Shown: positions 25,274 through 37,200 of the stretch, piece by piece
Layout: the number at the start of each line of letters is the position of its first letter
Position numbering within the stretch: position 1 is the stretch's first letter
Assembly (NCBI RefSeq): GCF_006345805.1
Contig: NC_043021.1
Coordinates: forward strand, 10,912,001-10,976,000
Length of the DNA: 64,000 nucleotides
DNA from: Octopus sinensis
Taxonomy: Eukaryota
Direction of reading: 5' to 3'
Program-made: the position numbers and the translations under genes
The notes under the pieces: generated by a model
Databases searched by the model: none
What the model saw: the letters and a program-made list of their open reading frames with translations, nothing else
Told to the model about the DNA's origin: nothing

Positions 25274-25479
25274 CTGGAAATAGAAATGAAACAGAATGTC
25301 AGCATATACCTTATATATGTACGTGAGGGTGTGTGTGTGTGTGTTATATAACATGATATAACTTAATGTAAAATATGTGTGTATATGTATATATTTAAAT
25401 ATATATATGTGTGTGTGTGTGTATGTATATGTGTGTATGTATATATGCGTGTGTATATGTATGTGTATGTGTGTATGTA

Positions 25480-25517
<38 letters not shown>

Positions 25518-26601
25518 GTTTGATTTATATAAATTTAAACCAGTGGCCTAGCATACTGAAAAAATCTGAAGATTCAGAAAAAATTTATATATCATCATCA
25601 TCATCATCATCATCGTTTAAAACGGACGCTAAACGATGATGATGATGATGATGATGATATATAATTTTTTTCTGAATCTTCAGATTTTTCAATATGCTAG
25701 GCCACTGGTTTAAATTTATATAATCAAACTAATACTCAAATATTTAAATTTATATTATATATATATATATATATATATTATATGGTAAATGAAAGACAAA
25801 AGATAGAATATACGAGAATTTATTACAACAATTGTTTCAACACATCCTAGCATCGATTGCTCTTGGGTGGGGCACTCAACAACTGATTCAGGAGCATCCA
25901 GTGGTGCAGATGCATCTCATCGGGTGATAAATACAACTTGTTAAAATAACTGTTCCACAATGTAACTTCCCGTTTTGTAAAGAGAAAAGCAGCCAGATGA
26001 AGAAAATATACTCTTTTACTCTTTTACTTGTTTCAGTCATTTGACTGCAGCCATGCTGGAGCACCACCTTTAATCAAGGAACTCGACCCCGGGACTTATT
26101 AAAACTATTACTCAGAGTTTCACGCTCCCGTTCGTGCATATAAATATACGTGGAGCTTTAGGTGTTTTCGCTCAATAAACACACGCAACGCCCGGTCTGG
26201 GAACGAAACCGCAATCCTCCGACTGTTAGTCCGCTGCCCTAACCACTGGGCCATAGCGCCTCTACATTTATATTGTTCATCGTTTAATGATGAACGATAT
26301 AAATGAAGATATTTTCTCCATCTGGATCAAAAAAAAAAGCCACAGATGACAGAAAGAGAAACGAACATGAAATCCAGCAAGAAAAGTGTTAAAAATAACT
26401 TTTAACAGATATGGATGTATAAACCACCCTCAGGTAAGCTGCGTGACAAGAGTACACTTGCTCATACAAGCATCTGCAAAAACGTGAGCACACGCACACG
26501 TGAGGTTTGGTGCACTCATGATCACAAAGCGAATTAGCTATATACTTGGTGTTTGTAAGAATGGGGAAGTTAAAGGTAAACTCAAGTCATCCATACCTTA
26601 A

Positions 26602-26824
26602 CCCTTTAGTGTTTAAACCGGCCATATCCGGCCCAAATAATCTACCTGTTTTCTGTTAAAACTACCCAGATTTGGTATCTCACACCAACCTATAATGTCA
26701 ATCTAAAAACAGGTGATAACATCATGGAAATCTTAAAGCTATGAAATAATGTATGATTAGCTTAAAACAATATGAATAAATGAATAAATATTATATTTGA
26801 CAGAATAATCTGAATGCTAAAGGG
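26602..26824. mobile_element. piggyBac-like MITE (about 220 bp); complete copies also at 36853-37073 and 37905-38124, partial or tandem copies at 1050-1200, 1555-1900 and 12385-12700
   Basis: TTAA|CCCTTTAG...CTAAAGGG|TTAA termini and a shared internal sequence. Confidence 0.8.
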
Positions 26825-27354
26825 TTAAAGTAAATTAATATTAATGGTTACCCAAAATTCATTCCCAATGCATTGTGTGAAAGTACATTTATATGTGTGT
26901 AGGCATCTTGTGAGTTGTTCAGAAATTCTATGAATAATCTCCTTGTTAGTCCATAGACTGTCGGTGATGTGGTAACCCTTGATGATGGAAGAAGACGATA
27001 TTCTTCCGATATCATAAACCTTGCCTTCCATTATAGTGATATTGCAGGCAATGGTAGTGGTGTTCGCATTGTTGCCTGCAATTCTGTTTGACACCATTGT
27101 GAAGCTACTTCAATTGTTGTTGTTATTGTCACTGTTCTTGTTGCTTACTGGTGTTGCTGCTACCATTGCTGGTCATTACTGCCGCTATGGTATTATGTGG
27201 CAGTAGCTGTCTTCTTCTTCTTCCAATCAGGACTCACGCCACTAGCCACAAAGAATAATCTCTAATTTGAGCCTACCCTAAGCTACTAAGAATGCATGTG
27301 GCAACTTGAAGATCCACCCACCACACGCGATAAACTGGCAGTTGCACAGGCACA

Positions 27355-27695
27355 AAAGCTATGTTGTTATCCTCATTCCATAAACGGTGGCTTTTAACGG
27401 GTGGAGAGCTGAACCATCCTGGGGTACAGAGGATTCACAATCTAGACTAGGGTCTGAAAGTTTTACCACACCATAGTGGGTTACACCATGGTTCCTCTGC
27501 TTTGTGGCAGAAGTAGGAAGAAAGAGTGAGAGAAAGTTGTGGTGAAAGAGTACAGCAGGGTTCACCCTACCTCTGCTGGAGCCTCGTGGAGCTTAGGTGT
27601 TTTTGCTCAATAAACACTCACAATGCCTGATCTGGAAATCAAAACCGCATTCTTACGACCGCGAGTCCACTGCCCTAACCACTGGGCCATTGTTG
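27355..27695 (-). mobile_element. tRNA-derived SINE family G; partial copies at 26140-26265 (-) and 40968-41100 (+)
   Basis: ggcccagtggttagggcag.ggactc.cgg.cg head, gtgagtgtttattgagc.aaaacaccta core. Confidence 0.75.
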
Positions 27696-28534
27696 CTGGT
27701 CATTACTGCCACTATAACTGTTCCGCAATGTAGCTGTTGGCTGCTATGAACTATCACTTCACCTTCAAAATTATCTCTTACCTTCAGGTCAGATGGCAAA
27801 GACGAAAGTGTGGGAGTAATTTTGAAAATTTCGTTTCAATTTGAAATATCTTTTCTTTCTTTCAAAATTTTCTTCTGCAGGGTATATGAGAGTTGGGGCT
27901 TGACCAGTGCTCTATGATCTTGGCCAGTTTAACAAGATTAAACAATAGAGTTAACATGTGCAACCTTCTAGAAACGAAAATAAGATACGATAATAAGGTG
28001 GCGAGCTGGCAGAAACGTTAGCACGTCAGGCGAAATGCTTAGTGGTATTTCGTTTGCCATTGCGTTCTGAGTTCAAATTCCACCGAGGTCAACTTTGCCT
28101 TTAATCCTTTCGAGGGCGATAGATTAAGTACCAGTTATGCACTGGGGTCGATATAATTGACTTAATCCGTTTGTCTGTCCTTGTTTGTCCCCTCTGTGTT
28201 TAGCCCCTTGTGGGTAGTAAAGAAATAGAAATAGGTATTTCATCTGCTGTTACGTTCTGAGTTCAAATTCCACCGAGGTCGACTTTGTCTTTCATCCTTT
28301 CGGGGTTGATAAATTAAGTACCAGTTACGCACTGGGGTGGATGTAATCGACTTAACCTCTTTGTTTGTCCTTGTTTGTCCCCTCTATGATTAGCCCTTTG
28401 TGGGCAATAAAGAAATAAGAAACGAAATAAGATACAGACTGATGGATCTCCTAGGGCTCGTTCAGCCATAGCAATGAACAGCAACCACAACAACAAAAGC
28501 AAAACCAACAACAACGATAACAATAATAATAACA

Positions 28535-28790
28535 ATCATCATCATCATTGTTCGACCGTGGTCGAGACAATGGAATTTACCATGCTACGCCAGACTTCAC
28601 GGTCCATCATAGCATTACGAAGGTCCTGTTGCTGGATGCTTGTATCCCTGGAGATTACATCAAGGTAGGAGAGTGTGTGCCCTCTGGTGTTGCGAGTAGA
28701 TGGCTTCCTGAGGAGAAGAGTAGAAATTGCCTCGTTTTCAGCTCTACAACAATGTCCAGCAAACTGGACTCTCCTACCTTTCACAAGAGA
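28535..28790 (-). mobile_element. RTE-like LINE 3' fragment with (GAT)n tail
   Basis: RKPSTRNTRGHTLSYLDVISRDTSIQQQDLRNAMMDREVWRSMV* then tgatgatgatg. Confidence 0.7.
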
Positions 28791-28862
28791 TAACAATAAT
28801 GATAATAACAATAATAATAATAATGATAACACTAATAAAGATATTAATAATAAATGACTTAC

Positions 28863-28997
28863 AATAATGGTCACATTTCACAGTCACGTATTGGATACGA
28901 TATCGCTCTGGAAATACCACTTTAAATGGTAGCTCCATACATTTTGGTGTTGAAACATTTCTTGAAGAATATATCCTTTGTACGTCAGCATAAACCG
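28863..28997 (-). CDS. Coding exon 3: (A)VYADVQRIYSSRNVSTPKCMELPFKVVFPERYRIQYVTVKCDHY
   Basis: 135 nt open frame, strong acceptor ttttcttctttccttAG, donor T|GTAAGT, phase 1-1. Found by manual translation. Confidence 0.8.
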
Positions 28998-29166
28998 CTA
29001 AGGAAAGAAGAAAATGGAGATTAGATTAGGATGATGATGATGATGATAAATCGGAGGAGGAGTGTTGGGAGACATAGCAACTACACTACTACATACACAG
29101 TGCATATCTATCTATTTATCCATCTGTCTGTCCGTCTATCTATCTATCTATCCATTATCTGTCCAC

Positions 29167-29199
<33 letters not shown>

Positions 29200-29213
29200 C
29201 ATTATCTGTCCAC

Positions 29214-29254
<41 letters not shown>

Positions 29255-29847
29255 CATTATCTGTCCACCTATCTATCTATCTATCTATCTATCTATATTA
29301 AAAAAAAAAAGACTCCGCCGGTTACGACGACGAGGGTCCCAGCTGATATGATCAACGGAACAGCTTGCTCGTGAAATTAACGTGCAAATGGCTGAGCATT
29401 CCACAGACACGTGTACCCTTAACGTAGTTCTCGGGGATAATCAGCGTGACACAGAGAGTGACAAGGCTGACCCTTTGAAATACAAGTACAACTCATTTTT
29501 GCCAGCTGAGTGGACTGGAGCAACGTGAAATAAAGTGTCTTGCTCAAGGACACAACGCGTCGCCGGGAATCGAACTCACAACCTTACGATCATGAGCCGA
29601 ATGCCCTAACCACTAAGCCACGCGCCCTCACCTCTATCTATCTATCCATTATCTGTCCGCCTATCTATCTAGGATTTGTTCCATCTCATGCACAGATTTT
29701 AAAATAATTTTTTTTTTTAACTAAATACTTTGAAGCTTCAGATACTGGTAGAATGTATCATGTAGAACAAGGTTTACACTTAATGCTTTTGAGAAAATTT
29801 TGTATTTTAGAAGTTATTTCGTGTTATCTATCTATCACTCTATCTAC

Positions 29848-29889
<42 letters not shown>

Positions 29890-30749
29890 TTCTTTCTATC
29901 CATAAATACTCACGTGCACAGACCCCCCACAAACACACACATACACATTTATATCAGGTCACTATCATATGCTAACATAAAACCCAACACAACCTGTTAC
30001 ATGGTCGGGTCCTTGACGACAAAACCAGGAGATCCCCTCCAAGCTTGCTCGGTGAGGAGGGCGATGCTTTGGTCACCCTGCAGGATGAATATCAAGACTC
30101 CTAGCAGGGTGGAGGAAATCATGCGTGTCAACAGCCATCTAATTGAAGTTTGTTGTTAATGAGTCACGTGGTATCCTTGCACAAAGAGCCCCGTGAGTTA
30201 GAATGGCAGCGCTTTTTCCATTTTGTCTGCTGGTGCCATGAGAGATGTTTCTATTAGGTTGTTTCATGTGAAATGTTGCAGTTTTAATTACTTGTTATTT
30301 CAGTCATTTAAAGACTCAATTATGTATACCTTGCATTTAATCTCGACACTTTTTCTTTCCTAACAATAATGGTATACAAAATTCGTACCCACAAACCTTA
30401 TGAAAATCATAACAACCAAACTTAGATGTCTTGCAAACAACTTGCACATGCAAATGCTACCAGTTAAAAGCTCCGTATATCGGAAGCTAGCAAGTGTATG
30501 GGGTCATCAGGAGAGAATGCGCGCCGTTTTGGGGCCTACCTCTCGACGGCATCAATGCGCACCGGCCCCCCTCACTGATATGAGGCCCCGCTTGCTAGAT
30601 CAGCTGGTTATGAAGAACTCAATATACTTCTAGCCATCGCTCATCGTCTCTTTTTAACCAAATCCAGTGGCTAGCCTTCTCCACTGCAGATTGGATATCA
30701 GTCATGGTGGTATTGACTTTACGATGAGTTAGGCCTAATGATAACTATG

Positions 30750-30905
30750 TTGAGTGATTTTCTCGTATGAGTACAAACTAGGTCACTCTGCCACAGAAGC
30801 TCTACGGAATATCAAACGGGCTCTAGGTAATGGTTTTGTTGACATCTGAACTGTTCAGAGATGGTCACAAAGCTCTTGTCCAGGAGATAGCCTTGAAAAT
30901 AAACT
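30750..30905 (+). pseudogene. Mariner transposase N-terminal HTH fragment
   Basis: Translates VIFSYEYKLGHSATEALRNIKRALGNGFVDI*TVQRW. Confidence 0.7.
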
Positions 30906-31867
30906 AAACGAATCATGATATTGGGCGATTGCAGAATATTCCTGCTATGCAGGTTATTTTTTACCACTACTCAGATGGCTTGCATTTAACTTTTTTTTAA
31001 ACTTTTTCCTCAACAGCAACTTTAATCTTTATGATCTCCAACGCCTTTGACTGCTCTTCCTACAGAGCCAAGCCTAATAAGAATAAGACTGTAAAAGAAT
31101 ATTTGTTTATATATAATTATGTGTGTGTATGCGTGAATTTACTGAGGTTTGACTTCAACTGCCTTTACTTACTACTACTACTACTACTACTATCTATCTA
31201 TCTATCTATCAATCTATCTATTTATCTATCCGCTCAGTCGAAGTCAACTCTCGGTCACTCATTGGATCAGTGTCCTCCAGTCAGTTCTATCCTGGGCCGC
31301 TTCTTTCAGATTGGCTACGTCCATTCCGGTATCCCTCTTGAGTGGCTGTGTGGTAAGTAGCTTGCTTACCAACCATGTGTTTCTGGGTTCAGTCCTACTG
31401 TGTGGCACCTTGAAAGTGTCTTCTACTATAGTCTTGGGCTGACCAAAGCCTTGTGAGTGGATTTGGCTGACAGAAACTGAAAGAAGCCCGTCGTATATAT
31501 ACATATATATATGTGTGTGTGTATGTGTGTGTGTGTGTGTGTCTGCGTTTGTCCCCTCATCATCACTTACATATATGTATGTATGCATGTATGTATGTAT
31601 GGATGGATGGTTTGATGGATGGATGTATTTATGTATCTGTGTTTGTCTCACCACCACCACCACCATCGCTTGACAACCAATGATGGTGTGATTACATCCC
31701 CGTAAAGTAGTGGTTCAGCAAAAGAGACCGATAGAATAAGCACTTGGCTTACAAAGAATAAGTCCTGGTAGAGGTGGGGGTGGGGGCTATTTGTTTGACT
31801 AAAAGGCGCTGCTCCAGCATGGCCGCAGTCAAATGACTGAAACAAGTTATAACAAAGACAAAAAAAA

Positions 31868-32545
31868 TGAAAGAAAGAAAGAAGGAAAGAAAGAAAGAAA
31901 GGAAGAAAGAACGAAAGTAAGAAAGAAAGAAGGAAGGAAAGAAAGAAGGAAAGGAAGAAAGAAGGAAAGAAGGAAGGAAAGAAAGGAATAAAGAAGGAAA
32001 AAAAGTAAGAAAGAAAGAAAGGAAGGAAGGAAAGAAGGAAGGAAGGAAGGAAGGAAAGAAAGAAAGAAAGAAAGAAGGAAGGAAGGAAAGAAAGAAAGAA
32101 GGAAAGAAAGAAAGGAAGAAAGAAGGAAAGAAAGAAAGAAGGAAGGAAAGAAAGGAATAAAGAAGGAAAAAAGTAAGAAAGAAAGAAAGAAAGAAAGGAA
32201 GAAAGAAAGAAGGAAGGAAGGAAGAAAGAAGGAAGAAAGAAAGGAAGAAGGAAGGAAGGAAAGAAAGAAGGAAGGAAAGAAAGAAGGAAAGAAAGAAGGA
32301 AGGAAGGAAAGAAAGGAAGAAGGAAAGAAAGAAAGAAGGAAAGAAGGAAGGAAAGAAAGGAAGGAAGAAAGAACGAAAGAAAGAAAGGAAGAAGGAAAGG
32401 AAGGAAGAAGGAAAGAAAGAAAGGAAGAAAGAATGAAAGAAAGGAAGAAAGAAAGAAAGGAAGGAAGAAGGAAAGAAAGGATGAAGGAAAGAAAGGAAGG
32501 AAGAAAGAAAGAAGGAAAGAAAGAAGGAAGGTAAGAAAGAAAGAC
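31868..32545. repeat. About 680-bp (GAAA/GGAA)n polypurine tract
   Basis: Almost only A and G; begins about 25 nt into the intron after the 32570 exon. Confidence 0.95.
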
Positions 32546-32569
32546 AATTAAGTACAGCGTTCTACGTAC

Positions 32570-32716
32570 CTGTTTGACAGTTACGTCCTTCAAAACCGTG
32601 CTGGCATCCGTAAGATTTGCAATAAGCGTTCCCACTGAATCGACATGCGGCTATTTCTTTACAATGGCACTCATACTTCATTTTCGGTCCAAACTTCCGC
32701 ATGTTATGCGGACAAG
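32570..32716 (-). CDS. Coding exon 2: EGF-like repeat (T)CPHNMRKFGPKMKYECHCKEIAACRFSGNAYCKSYGCQHGFEGRNCQT
   Basis: 147 nt, acceptor tttttcccatccgcAG, donor G|GTACGT, phase 1-1, EGF-type Cys spacing (ORF 32562..32765 -). Confidence 0.9.
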
Positions 32717-32886
32717 CTGCGGATGGGAAAAATAATAAGGATTTAGGAGGAATAATCCAGCACATCCGTTTTTCGGGAAATATAAAAAAAAAATTTTTTA
32801 AATGTCTTAAGACGGATCAATAAAAGTAGCCAAAGATATCAGAGAACAATATTTATATACTTTTTTTTTTTTTGTCAATGACATAC

Positions 32887-32917
<31 letters not shown>

Positions 32918-34198
32918 GTGGGGGTGTTTGTATGCATGCAAGTATGTGCATGTGCATGTATACTCTTTCTTACTCTTTTACTCTTTTACTTGTTTCAGTC
33001 ATCTGACTGCGGCCATGCTGGAGCACCGCCTTTAATCGAGCAACTCGACCCCGGGACTTATTCTTTTGTAAGCCCAGTACTTATTCTATCGGTCTCTTTT
33101 GCCGAACCGCTAAGTAACGGGGACATAAACACACCAGCATCAGTTGTCAAGCAATGCTAGGGGGACAAACATACGCACACATATACATATATACGACGGG
33201 CTTCTTTCAGTTTCCGTCTACCAAATCCACTCACAAGGCATTGGTCAGCCCGGGGCTATAGCAGAAGACACTTGCCCAAGATGTCACGCAGTGGGACTGA
33301 ACCCGGAACCATGTGGTTGGTTAGCGAGCTACTTACCACACAGCCACTCCTGCGTGAATTTACTGAATTTTGACTTCGACGGCTTTGACCTACTTGTACT
33401 ACTATAACTAAATCTCCTTAAAAATGAGCAAGAATGACAGAAGTGCATAAATGGTGTAGCAACAACCCAGCCTGCAGATTAGCACAGAAATGGTTTTCCT
33501 TCTATTTCTTACAAAAATATTTTCCTATGTATATTTGCAATCATCATCATCGTTTAACGTCCGTTTTCCGCGCTAGCACGGGTTGGACGGTTCGACTGGG
33601 GTCTGGGAAGCCAGGGCCTGCACCAGGCTCCAGTCTGATCTGGCAGGGTTTCTACAGCTGGATCCTCTTTTATTATTTTTTTTTCACATAGGCACTGGAG
33701 TGGCTGTGTGGTAAGTAGCTTGCTTACCAACCACATGGTTCCGGGTTCAATCCCACTGCGTGACACCTTGGACAAGTGTCTTCAACTATAGCCTCGGGGC
33801 CCACCAAAGCCTTGTGAGTGGATTTGGTAGACGGAAACTGAAAGAAGCCCGTCGTATATGGCTCGGTGGTTAGAGCCTTGAGCTTACGATCGTGAGGTTG
33901 TGAGTTCGATTCCCGGACCGAGCTGCGTGTTGTGTTCTTGAGCAAGACACTTTATTTCGCGTTGCTCCAGTCCACTCAGCTGTAGAAATGAGTTGCCAAG
34001 CTGTATCAGCCCCTTTGCTTTTCTCTTGGATAACATCAGTGGTGTGGTATGCATGGACAACATCAGTGGCTGGTATGCATGGACAACTGCTCGCCTTCCA
34101 TAAACAACCTTGCCCGGTATGTGCCTTAGAGAGTAACTTTCTGGGTGCAATCCCATGGTCATTCATGACCGAATGGGGTCTCCTCCTCCTCATATATA

Positions 34199-34234
<36 letters not shown>

Positions 34235-37200
34235 TATATGTATGTATGTATGTCTGTGTTTGTCCCCCCAACATCGCTTAACAACTGATGCTGATGTGTT
34301 TACGTCCTCGTTCGGCAAGAGAGGCCGATAGAATAAGTGCTAGGCTTACAAAGAATAAGTCCTGGGGTTGATTTGCTTGACTAAAGGCGGTGCTCCGGCA
34401 TGGCCGCAGTCATTGACCGAAACAAATAAAAAGAAAAAGAAAGTCGAAACAGAGGAGTGGTCATAAGAAGAAAATGTATTATAGCAACCCAAGGTTAAAC
34501 AACCTCAGTAGCCAGGCATGCATAGCAGCTGCCACTCCCATTGACATCAGCAAAAGAATTTCTGAACTATAAAAACTACAACAACAACAACATCAAGAGC
34601 GAAAACAAAAACACACTTGCTCCAGCATGACTCGTGACGACTCCAACAATAACTGTAACAAAACCAGCAACAACAACAATAGTATATATTTCTTTATTGC
34701 CCACAAGGAGCTAATCATAGAGGGGACAAACAAAGATCAGACAAATGGATTAAGTCGATTACATTGACCCCCCAGTGCATAACTGGTACTTAATTTATCG
34801 ACCCCGAAAGGATGAAAGGCAAAGTTGACCTCGGCGGAATTTTAACTCAGAACGTAACCGCGGACGAAATACCTATTTCTATTTCTTTACTACCCACAAG
34901 GAGCTAAACACAGAGAGGACAAACAAGGACAGACAAACGGATTAAGTCGATTATATCGACCCGAGTGCATAACTGGTACAACCCTGAAAGGATGAAAGGC
35001 AAAGTCGACCTCGGTGGAATTTGAACTCAGAACATAACCGCGGACGAAATGCGGCTACGCATTTCGCCCGGCGTGCTAATGTTTCTGCCAGCTCGCCGCC
35101 AACAACAACAACAACACTAGTATAATTGTCAGCTGTAGTAACAACATCAATGGCTCTAACTGCTGCAAAAATATCAACAAAGAAAACAACTGTAGCATTT
35201 TTCTTTAGTGTTTTTTTTTTCCAAAGGCAGTAACTTCCTTCGTAAACATAGCAAATAGGTGGATCACCCATTTACTGTAAGGGAAGACAGAGGCCATTAA
35301 CACATATCCGACATGGCACCATGGCACTCCCAGAAGTGGAAATGATTTGCATCAAGAAAAGAGCAATAATCTATAACAACAATCGCACAGGAAGAAGGTC
35401 ACGATACACTCCCCAAGGATATAGAAAATTGAATGGATGAAGTGTGGCCTATTGGCGGCGAGCTGGCAGAAACGTTAGCGTGCCGGGCAAAATGCTTAGC
35501 GGTATTTCGTCTGTCGTTATGTTGTGAGTTCAAATTCCGCCGAGGTCGAATTTGCCTTTCATCCTTTTGGGGTCGATTAAATAAGTACCAGTAACGCACT
35601 GGAGTCGATATAATCGACTTATTCCGTGTCTGTCCTTGTTCGTCCCCTCTGTGTTTAGCCCCTTGTGGGTAGTAAAGAAATAGGTATTTCATCTGTCGTT
35701 TAGTTCTGAGTTCAAATTCCGCCGAGGTCGACTTTGCCTTTCATCCTTTCGGGGTCGATTAAATAAGTACCAGTTACGTACTGGGGTCGATGTAGTCGAC
35801 TTAATCCCTTTGTCTATCCTTGCTTGTCCCCTCTATGTTTAGCCCCTTGTGGGTAGTAAAGAAATATATATATCTGCTGAGGAAGGCAATGTAGGATTGT
35901 GGTGGCTATCTGCAATTATGAAGTGGAAGCACGCAGGATGCGAAATTTTTTTCTCACAAGGGTTCTGGACTCCAGTAATGAATTCATGTCCATACAGCCA
36001 ATCAGAGCTCACCTTGATCTTGTCATGTTAACAAACACACTCTACCACGTAAACTGCATCTTTTATCATCGGTGGGTGTTGTGGGGGGAGGGGCACCGGC
36101 ATGACAAAACATTAAACTAGCTACAGTAAAGAGTGAAAAACATTAAAGCATTCGCGAGCAAATTAAATATTTAGAGGCTACGAGCAAACCAACAGGAGTT
36201 GCTAGAAATAGTCAAACATTGCTTAAAACAGACATTTATTAGTGGAGAAAATTCCAAGAACGAAGGTTTGCAATAAAATAAACTATCTTTTCCATATCTT
36301 CTTCTCTACATAAATTCACAAAGATAAGAGTCAACCACGGAACGGTGTGTCCCACACCGGCGTTTGCTTCCACGCGTTAAAGATGCCAGGTACTTTCAAT
36401 TTGTTGAGCGTGAGTCCCATCTGTTATGAAAACAAACGGTTATAGAACATGTTGTAGTTACACTCCTTGTGTGCATGCACAGCACCTTTAGTTACTATGG
36501 AAACATAGTTCTTCGCAATCAGCTATGGAACACGTGGTGCTCCTTTGCTTAGGTTACTATGGAAACAGAGTTCTTCGCCACGGTGATGTGTAAAATACGC
36601 GCTTCTGAATGGCTAAAATACGCAAATTTTAGAGGCTTATAATTTTTTAATTATGGATTTATAAGAAAATGAATTATATTTTCATAATTAGTATACAAAA
36701 CTTAATCCACATACCAAATTTTAAAACAACTGGAACAAAATTGTAGACAGTGATGATAACCAGAAAGACTCGATTGATCTTTGTGGACGTCATTGTTTGA
36801 CAGGTATAATAATTTTGGACTGTACCTCTTATATATTCAAAAACTGAATTAACCCTTTAGTGTTCACATTATTCTGCCAAAATTAATCCTTTTTTATCCA
36901 CATTGTTTTGAACTAATGATGCATTATCTTGTGGCTTTGAGATTTTGATGAGGTAGCTGTTAATTTTTAAAACGATATTGTAGGGTTGGTGTGAGAGACC
37001 AGATCTGGCCAGTTTGAACATAAAACAGGCAGAATACTTTTGGCCGGATATGGCCGGTTTAAATGCTAAAGGGTTAAAGAGGCAATTAGGAAAAATTGAC
37101 ATGAATGTTTCTATTGGGGCATTTTCACACATGGTAGAAATTGTGTCTGTTTATATGGGTGTCAATGTTCATGCTATTGTTGTTATCGTCATCGTCACTG

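Noticed and set aside
26825-27097. Possible extra exon (MEGKVYDIGRISSS...)
   Set aside because: No convincing phase-1 splice pair, no domain resemblance, and not needed for the gene model.
27781-27968. Good-looking acceptor (tttcgtttctAG) and donor (GAAG|GTAAGA) on the minus strand
   Set aside because: All three frames contain stops; it could at most be a non-coding or poison exon.
29995-30230. HDV-like ribozyme or LINE 5'UTR in a GC-richer segment
   Set aside because: Could not assign P1-P4 pairings or the catalytic C; left unclassified.
31648-32635. 299- and 262-aa Phe/Leu/Ser ORFs
   Set aside because: Read-through of the (GAAA)n tract; no coding complexity.
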